A stretch of DNA of 64,000 nt from assembly GCA_963682135.1 (NCBI GenBank), contig OY821645.1, positions 1,312,001 through 1,376,000 of the forward strand, in the 5' to 3' direction. The position numbers and the translations under genes are program-made. Origin of the DNA: Methanothrix sp. Lineage in GTDB: Archaea > Halobacteriota > Methanosarcinia > Methanotrichales > Methanotrichaceae. This document shows positions 37,226 through 46,398 of this stretch, piece by piece; positions within the stretch are counted from its first letter, which is position 1, and the number at the start of each line of letters is the position of its first letter. The notes beneath the pieces were generated by a model that worked only from the letters and a program-made list of their open reading frames with translations, was not told where the DNA came from and did not search any database.

Positions 37226-38284
37226 TTGAAATGCGTCTCAATGGCAATTCTTTGTGCACTTCTCCTGGTTGGCTTTACTGGAGCTAGCGGTGGTACAGCA
37301 AATAATAGCACCTCAGAGAAGAACAAGCTGAATGTGACTCTGCTCGATTTCGGCCCGATTGGAGACCACGGCTGGACGTACGAGGCCCACACAGGCGCAT
37401 CGGAGATGGCCCAAGAGCTATATTTTGTCAACCTATCCGAGAGAGAAAATGCCGCAGGTCCCGGTGCATCCCAAATTTTAAGGGATTACGCGAAGAATGG
37501 AGCGGAGCTGATATTCTGTCACAGCTACAACTTCATGGATGCCATCAAAGAAGTAGCTCCAGAATACCCGGATGTCGTTTTTATGTGGGGAGGCGGTACG
37601 CATAAGCTGGCGCCCAATGCGGGAGTCTATTACGAAAGGATTTATGAGGCCCAGTATCTTGCCGGAATCGTGGCGGGCAATATGACCAAGACGGGAAAGA
37701 TTGCATTTGTGGCTGCATTGCCCACATCCCAGGTGATAATCGGCATCAATGCCTTTGCTAAAGGTGTGGCATCCTCCAATCATCGCGCCAAAGTGTACGT
37801 AGAGTGGATCGGAGACTGGTATGATCCCGGAAAAGAGCGGGCTGTAGCCTTATCACTTATCAATAAAGGCTGCGATATCATAACCCACTGGTCCGATTCC
37901 GATGCGACGGGTCAAACGGCGGATGAGATGGGCACCTACTTCATATCCTTCGGCTCAGATGTCGGCAGGTTCTCTCCTCAGGTATATCTTACGGGCGCAG
38001 TCTGGAACTGGCAGCCCATTATGACCGATATTGCAGAATCTGTGCATAACGGGACGTGGGATTCTCACCCAGGACAGGAGTGGTGGTACGGACTGGCAGA
38101 AGGTGGAGTAGAGCTGGCACCTTTTGGCGACAAGGTCCCTGACAGTGTTCGATCTTTAGTAGCCGAAAGGCAAAAGGATATTGTGCAAAAAAATTTGACA
38201 ATATTCCCCGGCCAGAGTGATGAAGAGCTAAAAGAGATGTATTACCTCGAACCTAATGTTGTGGGCAAGCTGCCAAAATCATAG
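37226..38284 (+). CDS. BMP-family (PnrA-like) substrate-binding protein
   Basis: GPIGDHGWTYEAH, YEAQYLAGIVAG..TKTGKIAFVA and INAFAKG, WYDP. Confidence 0.88.
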   Translation: MKCVSMAILCALLLVGFTGASGGTANNSTSEKNKLNVTLLDFGPIGDHGWTYEAHTGASEMAQELYFVNLSERENAAGPGASQILRDYAKNGAELIFCHSYNFMDAIKEVAPEYPDVVFMWGGGTHKLAPNAGVYYERIYEAQYLAGIVAGNMTKTGKIAFVAALPTSQVIIGINAFAKGVASSNHRAKVYVEWIGDWYDPGKERAVALSLINKGCDIITHWSDSDATGQTADEMGTYFISFGSDVGRFSPQVYLTGAVWNWQPIMTDIAESVHNGTWDSHPGQEWWYGLAEGGVELAPFGDKVPDSVRSLVAERQKDIVQKNLTIFPGQSDEELKEMYYLEPNVVGKLPKS

Positions 38285-38388
38285 GTATTCTCTTTTTTTC
38301 AGGAGAAAGGGTTGACTTATATCATTGTCTACCCGGAAGAGTCCATCCCAGATAAAAAATTAATAGTAGTAATGTAGATATTATAGTT

Positions 38389-40155
38389 ATGAATATTTCT
38401 TTGATGCGATTGGTTCTATGGTTGTGTTTGCTTCTCACACTTTTAACTATTATTTCATCTGCAATCGTAGAAGATCCCATCAAATTAAAAGATCATCTCC
38501 GGCTTATCGGCGCGAACCTGAGCGGCATGAACTTGTCCGGGGCCCATCTGAATCATTCCGAGTTGCAAGGATCTGATCTTCGCAAAACGAACCTCAGTAG
38601 ATCCTATTTGAACCAATCCAGTCTCTTTGATGCCCAGCTTGTAGAGGCGAACCTCAGCGGAGCAATTTTGGTAGATGCTGACCTTCATGGCTCCGATCTC
38701 TCCCAGGCCGACCTCAGGGGTGCCAATATGCCCATCTGCAATTTATTTGCCTCAAATCTGACGGAAGCAAACCTTTCCGGCACCTTCTTGGCGGGTTGCT
38801 ACTTAACAAGCTCTAATTTAAATCGTGCAAACCTATCTGGCTGCTTTATGGATCAGTCTTTTGCGGATCGTTCAATTATGATTCGTACTAAACTGAATAA
38901 AGCCAGCTTAGGGGGCGTGAAAATGAGCGAAACGAACCTGAGCGAAGCCAGCTTCATAAGGGCGTTCATGGATCGTTCCACATTGCGCCGTTCTCTATTG
39001 ATTGGTGCCAATCTGACCGGCGCAAGCCTGATTGGGGCGAACTTGATTAATGCCACCATATCCAACGCAGATCTCAGCGGTGCGGATCTATCTGAGTCGC
39101 GCTGCTCAGGAGCGAATTTTGTTAGATCTCGGCTGGTTAAATCAAGAATGGGTTTTACCAACCTGACCGGCTCAAACCTGAGCCATGCGGACCTGACCGG
39201 ATCGTATCTTATGGCTTCCTGTCTGGATGGCAGTGATCTCTTCCAGGCAAATCTAACAGGCGCGAACCTGGAAAATGCTTTAATGCATAACGTCAGACTT
39301 GTTGAAGCCAGACTAACCGACGCAATTTTTGCCAGAGCGCATTTAGAGGATGCTGATCTATCTAATTCATATCTTGAACATGCAGATCTTACCGGTGCCT
39401 TGCTCAGCGGGTCTAATCTGACGGATGCCCATCTGTCGGGGGCCAGGCTTCTTAGCGCAGACCTCAGCCTTGCAGTCCTGAAAAGCGCAGATCTTAGCGG
39501 AGCAAACCTGGTAGGTGCCAGATTAAATTGGGCGAATCTGGCAGGAAGCACACTCAAGCGTTGCCAATTCTCCAGAGCAGAGCTATTTGGAGCCGACCTG
39601 AGCCACTGTGACCTCAGCGACTCGGACTTCACCCGGGCATATTTGCCAAGGGCCAAATTGCAGGGGTCCAACCTCAGAAACACAAAGATAGACAATGTCG
39701 ATCTCAGCGATGCGAATATGTCCGATGCTGATCTTGCGGGCGTCCAGATCGTTAAGGCGGATCTGGATGATGCTAACCTATCCGGGGCGAACCTGGCCGG
39801 ATGTAGCATGCAGTCCATGAACTTAAGGGGGACCGTCATGCAAAAAGCTGTATTGAGATCAGCAAGCTTCAATTGGATGATACTTAATGAGGTTGATCTT
39901 CGGGGTGCAGACCTCAGAAATGCTAAATTTGATGCGGTTTTTCTGGAAAATGTGAACCTCTCCGGGGCTGACCTAAGAAATGCAGAATTTAATAAGTCCG
40001 CGCTGGTAAATGTAGATCTGAGCGGAGCGAATCTCGTGGGAATGAAGTATGATCTGGTGGAACTTCCCTTTATTGCCAGCTCAAAACTAGATAACGCCCA
40101 AATGAGTGCTGAAATGAAAAAGGACATTGAAAAATTGAGGGCAGGAAAAGACTGA
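38389..40155 (+). CDS. secreted pentapeptide-repeat protein
   Basis: Signal peptide followed by ~530 aa of A(D/N)Lxx repeats; the C-terminal cap is shared with 34177..37035. Confidence 0.88.
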   Translation: MNISLMRLVLWLCLLLTLLTIISSAIVEDPIKLKDHLRLIGANLSGMNLSGAHLNHSELQGSDLRKTNLSRSYLNQSSLFDAQLVEANLSGAILVDADLHGSDLSQADLRGANMPICNLFASNLTEANLSGTFLAGCYLTSSNLNRANLSGCFMDQSFADRSIMIRTKLNKASLGGVKMSETNLSEASFIRAFMDRSTLRRSLLIGANLTGASLIGANLINATISNADLSGADLSESRCSGANFVRSRLVKSRMGFTNLTGSNLSHADLTGSYLMASCLDGSDLFQANLTGANLENALMHNVRLVEARLTDAIFARAHLEDADLSNSYLEHADLTGALLSGSNLTDAHLSGARLLSADLSLAVLKSADLSGANLVGARLNWANLAGSTLKRCQFSRAELFGADLSHCDLSDSDFTRAYLPRAKLQGSNLRNTKIDNVDLSDANMSDADLAGVQIVKADLDDANLSGANLAGCSMQSMNLRGTVMQKAVLRSASFNWMILNEVDLRGADLRNAKFDAVFLENVNLSGADLRNAEFNKSALVNVDLSGANLVGMKYDLVELPFIASSKLDNAQMSAEMKKDIEKLRAGKD

Positions 40156-40869
40156 TCAGGATTCATCCCGCATCGGTCCCAGCTCTTCCACCACTCTGTC
40201 CAGGAACTGCTCCATCAGGCCTTGAATCTGAGAAAACTGCTCCGCATGAGCCGACAACTCTACCGGCCTATTCACATACGGCCCCTCTGTCAGCTCATCA
40301 GCGCAGTTTTCGAGCAGGTGATCGATGCTGTCGCGGGAGGATTCCAGATGAAACTGCAGTCCAATTGACTTTCCCTTGACAAAAGCCTGGTTTATGCAAG
40401 CCCGGCTCTCTGCCGTTCGCACCGCGCCGGGAGGAATCTCGAAGGTGTCGCCATGCCAGTGCAGGGCCACAAATCTCAGCGGCAGAACTGAGAAGAGAGG
40501 AGAGGCAATGCCCTCTTTTGTAAGGTCGACCGGGAACCAGCCAATTTCCCTGTACCCGTTTCTCCGCACAATGCCACCCAGCACATCAGCCATAAGCTGA
40601 GCGCCCAGGCAGATGCCGAGAACTATCTTGTCGCACGCAATGGCATGACGGATGAATTCCTTCTCCCTCGCTAGCCATGGGTATTTGTCGTTTTCGTAGA
40701 TATTCATGGGCCCACCCATGATTATCAGCCAGTCGAATTGATCCATTTCCGGCAGCGCCTCATCCAAGAACAGCTGCGTGCGGGTTAGATCATGGCCGCG
40801 GGACTTGGCCCAGCTCTCGATGTTGGCCAGGTCTTCAAAGGGCACATGTTGAAGGTAGTGAATTTTCAT
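40156..40869 (-). CDS. class I glutamine amidotransferase (GMP-synthase-like, stand-alone)
   Basis: LQHVPFE, MGGPM, LGICLGAQL, WHGD and QFHLE. Confidence 0.9.
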   Translation of the reverse strand: MKIHYLQHVPFEDLANIESWAKSRGHDLTRTQLFLDEALPEMDQFDWLIIMGGPMNIYENDKYPWLAREKEFIRHAIACDKIVLGICLGAQLMADVLGGIVRRNGYREIGWFPVDLTKEGIASPLFSVLPLRFVALHWHGDTFEIPPGAVRTAESRACINQAFVKGKSIGLQFHLESSRDSIDHLLENCADELTEGPYVNRPVELSAHAEQFSQIQGLMEQFLDRVVEELGPMRDES

Positions 40870-40898
40870 GGAGAACACCCTGGAGATTGCTTGCAGTT

Positions 40899-43127
40899 TT
40901 ACTCCAGGAATGTAAATTCCATTGCCCACTTGTTCAACCTGCCCACATCCCTTTGCTCCAAATCAGTCACCCGCAATATCCAGTTGCCGTTCAAGAGCTG
41001 GCCCTTGAATCCCGCCAGATCGGCAACATCCTTTGCCTCAAAAGTCCTTACAATATCTGGTTTACCGCTACCTGCGGCATTGTGAAGTACGGCCCTCTTT
41101 CCGCCAGGTGAGAATAACTCCACCCTCAGATCGCTGACATAATTATGGCTGATATCAACGCTCACCTTGATGCTCTGCACCACACCTACCCTCTCCACCA
41201 TTATGGCATGGCCAATTCCAGTCGGGTCTGCATCGGGTATATCCAGATTGGGTGAGGCATCATAGCTCGCCGAGCCAGTCGTAGCCTCAAGATCCAGCTC
41301 TATTGACCATCTATTCAGCTTACCGATGTCTATCTTGGCCAGATCGGCTACCCAAAGTGTCCAGTCTCCCAGGGAAGGCTGGCCCAGGAATGCTTTCAGC
41401 TCCTGCTTGCTTATGCAGTCGTAAGTTGCTATCAGGTTATCCTTGCTGCCGCCCTCGCGATTATGCAGCACTGCCCTCTGGCCGGATGGAGCGATGAGCT
41501 CCGCTTTCAGGTCTCCAATGTAGGTATGTGTAATATCCAAAGAGACTCGCATGGCACTGATCTTGCCATTCATAGAAAGTGCGATGACGCTGGATACGCC
41601 CTGCGGATCATTATCATTGATCAAGGCAGCCGCTACTACCTCTCCCCGGGCAACTTTTGCTGATTTAACCGGCCCCGTTCTGAAGCTGATTACCGGGCCC
41701 GGTTCACCGATATTCGAGATGGTCAGTCCCGACTCGGAGAGGTCCCACATGCAGGAGGAGGGCAGCGTGTCATGAGATAAGGCAAGGCCATCGATTCTAC
41801 CAAAGAGGTCCGATGCATCACCCTCATTCCTATTCTTCTCCAGGTCCAAATGCCCATCCGCCTGAAGCAATCCGCATTGGTAATGATGCTCCGGCGTTCC
41901 GCCTTGCCATTCATTTGAGCCGAAGATATCGCAGTGGTAAACGGCCAGGCCGCTGGAAGGAAGATATTCGTCCAGCCCCAGAGTGCTGCGGTTCTCCACA
42001 ATGAAATATTCATTTTCATTGTCCGTTTTGTAGATCAATACGCTGCCATAGTCGCCATGATTGGCCTGATACTCCTCTGCCTCATTCAAGCTCACTACAT
42101 TGTCGCACCAACCAGCCAAATTGCGCAGGTATGTGCATATTGGTGCAGGCGTCTTTCCGTTATCAAGATGATTTCCATAGCTCATCAGGCAATAACTGCC
42201 CATACCGGCGCTGCTTTGGAAGTCGCCATCGCGTTTGCCATAATCGTAAAGATCCGGCAGGCGGCAGAGCATATGGGCGTTCTCGTGACAGAAGGTGCCG
42301 ATGGATAGCTGCGTCTTGTCGTCTCCCAGGCCGGTGAGCATGTAGAAGTAAGCTCTCATATTGCCCAACATCATGTTGATGATGCCATTGTGCGGCCAGA
42401 TGTAGTCGCCCTGGTATAGCGATTTGCCGGCATAAAGAATGTTAATGGCATCAATATAACCCTCACTCTTGCTATCGAATTGCAGTAAGTTAATGCCGGT
42501 ACGCGCTGCCGCTTGCAGCGTCTCCTCGACTAACGGATGCTCTACGTAATACTGCTTCTCGTGACTGAGGGTTATGGGGCCGATTACCACATTGGAATAG
42601 TCGAGCTTTCCGGAAGACATCATAAGGAAATAATCTCGTACTGAACAAAAATTCCCGTAGCTGTTATACCCCTGCGTATTCAACATATCGGAAACGTCTG
42701 CCGGAGTTATGGAGGTCTTGATATCCGAGAATGAAACGAGAATGGTCAATCCCAATACTTTTCCCTGATGGACCCTTCGTCCCTCCAGCAATCCCATATT
42801 TCTGCCCAGAACGCGATAGGCTCCATCTCGGCGGGCATAATTGCGGGCAAATCTCTCCTCGAATTTAGAGGCTATAACCTCCTGCGACTCCCTGAGATGC
42901 CTTTTCACTCCGGACGGTGGGTCCTGGTGCAAAGGAACACCGGTTGAGATCAGCATCCCACCTAGCAGGCGAGCATAGGTGTACAGACCCATCTCCGGGT
43001 CATAGATCACCGAGTAACCATTGTCGTCTTCCTGATAGCTGTAAAACTCATCACCAAAGACAGTTAGCCGGATCTGCGGTCCGTTCCTTTGGGGAAAGAA
43101 CAGCGACTCCCCAAGTATAGCGCTCAT
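40899..43127 (-). CDS. M6-family (immune inhibitor A-like) metalloprotease with two C-terminal proprotein convertase P-domains
   Basis: HENAHMLCRLPDLYD, CLMSYG and EYFIVENR; two repeats of DI(T/S)H.Y..DL..EL..P.G ... G.W.L.V.D....D.G.LN.W. Confidence 0.88.
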   Translation of the reverse strand: MSAILGESLFFPQRNGPQIRLTVFGDEFYSYQEDDNGYSVIYDPEMGLYTYARLLGGMLISTGVPLHQDPPSGVKRHLRESQEVIASKFEERFARNYARRDGAYRVLGRNMGLLEGRRVHQGKVLGLTILVSFSDIKTSITPADVSDMLNTQGYNSYGNFCSVRDYFLMMSSGKLDYSNVVIGPITLSHEKQYYVEHPLVEETLQAAARTGINLLQFDSKSEGYIDAINILYAGKSLYQGDYIWPHNGIINMMLGNMRAYFYMLTGLGDDKTQLSIGTFCHENAHMLCRLPDLYDYGKRDGDFQSSAGMGSYCLMSYGNHLDNGKTPAPICTYLRNLAGWCDNVVSLNEAEEYQANHGDYGSVLIYKTDNENEYFIVENRSTLGLDEYLPSSGLAVYHCDIFGSNEWQGGTPEHHYQCGLLQADGHLDLEKNRNEGDASDLFGRIDGLALSHDTLPSSCMWDLSESGLTISNIGEPGPVISFRTGPVKSAKVARGEVVAAALINDNDPQGVSSVIALSMNGKISAMRVSLDITHTYIGDLKAELIAPSGQRAVLHNREGGSKDNLIATYDCISKQELKAFLGQPSLGDWTLWVADLAKIDIGKLNRWSIELDLEATTGSASYDASPNLDIPDADPTGIGHAIMVERVGVVQSIKVSVDISHNYVSDLRVELFSPGGKRAVLHNAAGSGKPDIVRTFEAKDVADLAGFKGQLLNGNWILRVTDLEQRDVGRLNKWAMEFTFLE

Positions 43128-43232
43128 GGCAACTTACCTCTTTATTGGCTGATTGTTTAGAATGGATCGGTATGTTGCATCACTAAATATTTAGACTTGC
43201 GTAGGAAATATTAAGACTATGGCGGCCCTCGC

Positions 43233-43529
43233 TCACCATCCCTTTCTCTCAGCGCTCTGATCTGCTTTGGCCAGACGAACGCTGCCTGCCTCTTGCAGAT
43301 GCTTTTCCAGATCGGGGGGCGGGCTATGGCTGAAGGGGATCTTGCTGGAGAAAAAGGCTCCTTCCTTGAGGAGGGCATAACAGAATAATCCCAGCTCTCT
43401 GTCATAAATAACAGAGTAGCCTTCCTCTGTCTCGTATTGAGCATAAAATTCGTCACCATTGACTACCAATTTAACATCTGGTCCCTTCTCTTGAGAGAAG
43501 GTCAGCTTCTCACCGAATATTGCGCTCAT
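43233..43529 (-). CDS. stand-alone homolog of the N-terminal (pro-)region of the adjacent M6 protease
   Basis: Gapless ~49% identity (hand count, about 40/81) to residues 1-81 of 40899..43127, including GDEFY and GYSVIYD. Confidence 0.75.
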   Translation of the reverse strand: MSAIFGEKLTFSQEKGPDVKLVVNGDEFYAQYETEEGYSVIYDRELGLFCYALLKEGAFFSSKIPFSHSPPPDLEKHLQEAGSVRLAKADQSAERKGW

Positions 43530-44026
43530 AATAATCTATCCTAATTTTCGATCTGAACATTCCAAGACAGAGCGGACCCAGGATAAATGGAGCAGTGGGC
43601 CTGGCCAGCCATCAAGCCCCCGTTGCCCCGAGTTAATTTGCCTCTCCTCCTTATGACTGGCATTCTTGGAGCAACAAGGGATGAGGCAGGCTATAAGCCT
43701 TTCTTAGGGGGAGTTGAGTCAGATGTTTCCAGGATCTCATGATGAGTAAGTAGGAGGGAGGCAAAAGTCAGTGATGTAGGAGGGAAAAGAGGGTCGACTT
43801 TTGCCATGCACTATATACGGCAATTGCCGAGATAAAAGGCTTTCGGTCCAGGCATAAAACTGCGAAGAGCCGAATTGAGCCGATGTTTGAAGATAGGTGC
43901 AAGGATTCACCACAAGAAATATAAGCCAAAATCCAGTATCGCCACTTGAATCTTTGATGTACCAGATTACACATAAACGATCAATAACAATCACCCGATT
44001 TCGGCACATGAAAATCAAGGAGAAAA

Positions 44027-45784
44027 ATGGCATTGAGACGTTTGATGTCCGGCAACGAGGCCCTGGCCAGAGGCGCCTTTGAGGCCGGTGTAACTGTCGG
44101 CGCGGGCTATCCGGGAACTCCATCAACAGAAATCCTGGAAAACCTGGCCCTGTACAAGCCTGATGTGTATTGCGAGTGGTCGCCCAACGAGAAGGTAGCT
44201 TTTGAGGTGGCGGCAGGGGCAGCTCTGGCCGGAGCCCGCAGCATTGTAACCATGAAGCATGTGGGGCTGAATGTGGCAGCGGACCCGCTCATGACCCTGA
44301 GCTACATCAGCGTGGAGGGAGGATTTGTGGCCTGCGTGGCCGATGATCCGGGCATGCACTCCTCGCAAAATGAGCAGGACACCCGCAATTATGCCCGTTT
44401 TGCCAAGATTCCCTTATTCGAGCCTTCAGACAGTCAGGAAGCCAGGGATTTCCTCATGCTGGCCATACAGGTCTCTGAAGAGTTCAAGACCCCGGTAATC
44501 CTGCGCACCACTACCCGCGTCAGCCACTCCAGAAGCCTGGTGAAGCTTGGCGAACGCACTCTCTCCGAGAAGAAGATCGGCCTGGTAAAGGATCCACCCC
44601 GCTTTGTGCCCATACCGGTATGGGGCAGGCCCATGCGCCAGAGGGTAGAGGACCGGATGATTCGCCTGCAAGCTATTTCGGAAAGCTCGCCCGCCAATCG
44701 CCAAGAATGGCGGGACAGAAGTCTGGGGATCATCACCTCTTCCATCGCCTACCAGTATGCTCGGGAGGTATGGCCCAAGGCAAGCGTACTCAAGCTGGGC
44801 ATGTCCTATCCCTTCCCGGACGCATTGATTCGAGAGTTTGCAGCAGGCGTCTGCAATTTGCTCATCATAGAAGAGCTGGACGACTTCATCGAGCAGCATG
44901 TCCGGGCTTTGGGCCTCGCCTGCCGGGGAAGAGATGTTGTTCCCGGCATCATGGAGCTTTCTGTGGACCGGCTGCTGGCGACAAAAGCGCTCCTGGAAGG
45001 AAGGCCGGTGCAAGAGCCAAAGCCTTCTGCCTTTTCCGACAGACTGCCACCTCGCCCGCCCGTGCTCTGTCCCGGCTGCCCACATCGAGGCATTTTTTAT
45101 TCACTGGGCAAAATGGACGTTGTGGTTACCGGTGACATCGGCTGCTACAGCCTGGGAGCCTTCCCACCCCTGGACAGAATGGACAGCATCCTGTGCATGG
45201 GCGGCGGCATCTCCATGGCGCACGGCCTGGAGAAAGCGGGAGAGCCACGAAAAGTGGTGGGCATCGTGGGCGACTCCACCTTCTTTCACTCCGGCATAAC
45301 GGGCCTGCTGGACATAGCCTACAACCGAGGCAGCAGCACCATAATCGTACTGGATAACCGTACCACCGCCATGACCGGTCATCAAGATCATCCCGGCACA
45401 GGCAGAACACTCATGGGAGAGGCGACAAAAGCTGTTTCCATCGAGGATATCGGCAGAGCCTGCGGAATAGAGCGCGTTTGTGTTATCAATCCCTACGACC
45501 TGGACCAGGCAAGCCGGGTCATATCTGATGAAATCGCATCCGTAGAGCCGTCTCTGATCGTCTCGCGTGCCCCCTGCCCTCTGCGAGAGAAGAAAAGGGT
45601 AGGCGTGATCCGGAAGATTCTGGCGGAGGAGTGTAAGGGCTGCGAGTTATGCCTGAATCTGGGCTGCCCGGCCATCGAAGGCACAGAAGACGGCCCCAGG
45701 ATAAACGAGACACTCTGTGCAGGCTGCAGCCTGTGCGAGCAGGTCTGCCCAGCCGGGGCTATTGTCAGCGGGGGAAGAGCATGA
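44027..45784 (+). CDS. iorA: indolepyruvate:ferredoxin oxidoreductase alpha subunit
   Basis: SGNEALARGA, YPGTPSTE, MKHVGLNVAADP, SSQNEQD, LCPGCPHR and GDSTFFHSG; C-terminal 2x[4Fe-4S] motifs. Confidence 0.94.
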   Translation: MALRRLMSGNEALARGAFEAGVTVGAGYPGTPSTEILENLALYKPDVYCEWSPNEKVAFEVAAGAALAGARSIVTMKHVGLNVAADPLMTLSYISVEGGFVACVADDPGMHSSQNEQDTRNYARFAKIPLFEPSDSQEARDFLMLAIQVSEEFKTPVILRTTTRVSHSRSLVKLGERTLSEKKIGLVKDPPRFVPIPVWGRPMRQRVEDRMIRLQAISESSPANRQEWRDRSLGIITSSIAYQYAREVWPKASVLKLGMSYPFPDALIREFAAGVCNLLIIEELDDFIEQHVRALGLACRGRDVVPGIMELSVDRLLATKALLEGRPVQEPKPSAFSDRLPPRPPVLCPGCPHRGIFYSLGKMDVVVTGDIGCYSLGAFPPLDRMDSILCMGGGISMAHGLEKAGEPRKVVGIVGDSTFFHSGITGLLDIAYNRGSSTIIVLDNRTTAMTGHQDHPGTGRTLMGEATKAVSIEDIGRACGIERVCVINPYDLDQASRVISDEIASVEPSLIVSRAPCPLREKKRVGVIRKILAEECKGCELCLNLGCPAIEGTEDGPRINETLCAGCSLCEQVCPAGAIVSGGRA

Positions 45785-46398
45785 GCAAGATTGAGAATGC
45801 GGCTGAGCAGACTGCCATGGCATTGGAGACGAAGAGCATCGTATTGGTTGGCGTGGGCGGCCAGGGAATTTTGCTGGCCAGCGAGATTTTAGCTCAGACA
45901 GCTATGCTGGAGGGCTACGATGTCAAGACCAACGAGGTGCACGGCATGGCGCAGCGGGGTGGCTCGGTGATGGCCCAGATACGCTACGGCAAAGAGGTCC
46001 ATAGCCCCCTGGTGGCCAGGAATGAGGCTCACATTCTGGGAGCTCTGGAGAAGGTAGAAGCGCTTCGTTATGCTGACTACCTCCGGCCGGATGGCCTGGC
46101 AGCCGTCAGCACCCAGGCCATCATGCCGGTTACCGTCTCCTCGGGCGCGGCCTGCTATCCGGAAGACGCAGAAGAGCTGCTAAAGCAAGCCTTTCCCAGG
46201 CTGGTTTACATCGATGCCGCAAAGATCGCCAGAGAGCTGGGCGACATCCGTGCGGCCAACATAGTCCTCCTGGGCGCCATCTCACAGGGCCTGGATCTGG
46301 CTTTGGAGTCCTGGGAAAGAGCCCTTGCGCTGTGTGTTAAGGAGAAGTTTTTGGAGATCAACCGGAAAGCGTTTGCAGCGGGAAGGTGCCATTCATGA
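45781..46398 (+). CDS. iorB: indolepyruvate:ferredoxin oxidoreductase beta subunit
   Basis: GVGGQG, EVHGMAQRGGSV and NIVLLGA; ATGA overlap with iorA. Confidence 0.93.
   Translation: MSKIENAAEQTAMALETKSIVLVGVGGQGILLASEILAQTAMLEGYDVKTNEVHGMAQRGGSVMAQIRYGKEVHSPLVARNEAHILGALEKVEALRYADYLRPDGLAAVSTQAIMPVTVSSGAACYPEDAEELLKQAFPRLVYIDAAKIARELGDIRAANIVLLGAISQGLDLALESWERALALCVKEKFLEINRKAFAAGRCHS

Noticed and set aside
34177-40155. Pentapeptide-repeat proteins as Qnr/MfpA quinolone-resistance factors
   Set aside because: They carry signal peptides and are far longer than those cytoplasmic ~200-aa proteins, so gyrase protection is unsupported.
38853-40166. 437-aa minus-strand repetitive ORF
   Set aside because: It is the antisense reading of pentapeptide-repeat codons.
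43530-44026. Short ORFs and a possible ncRNA in the intergenic region before iorA
   Set aside because: There are no protein motifs and no recognisable RNA structure; this is probably a divergent promoter region.
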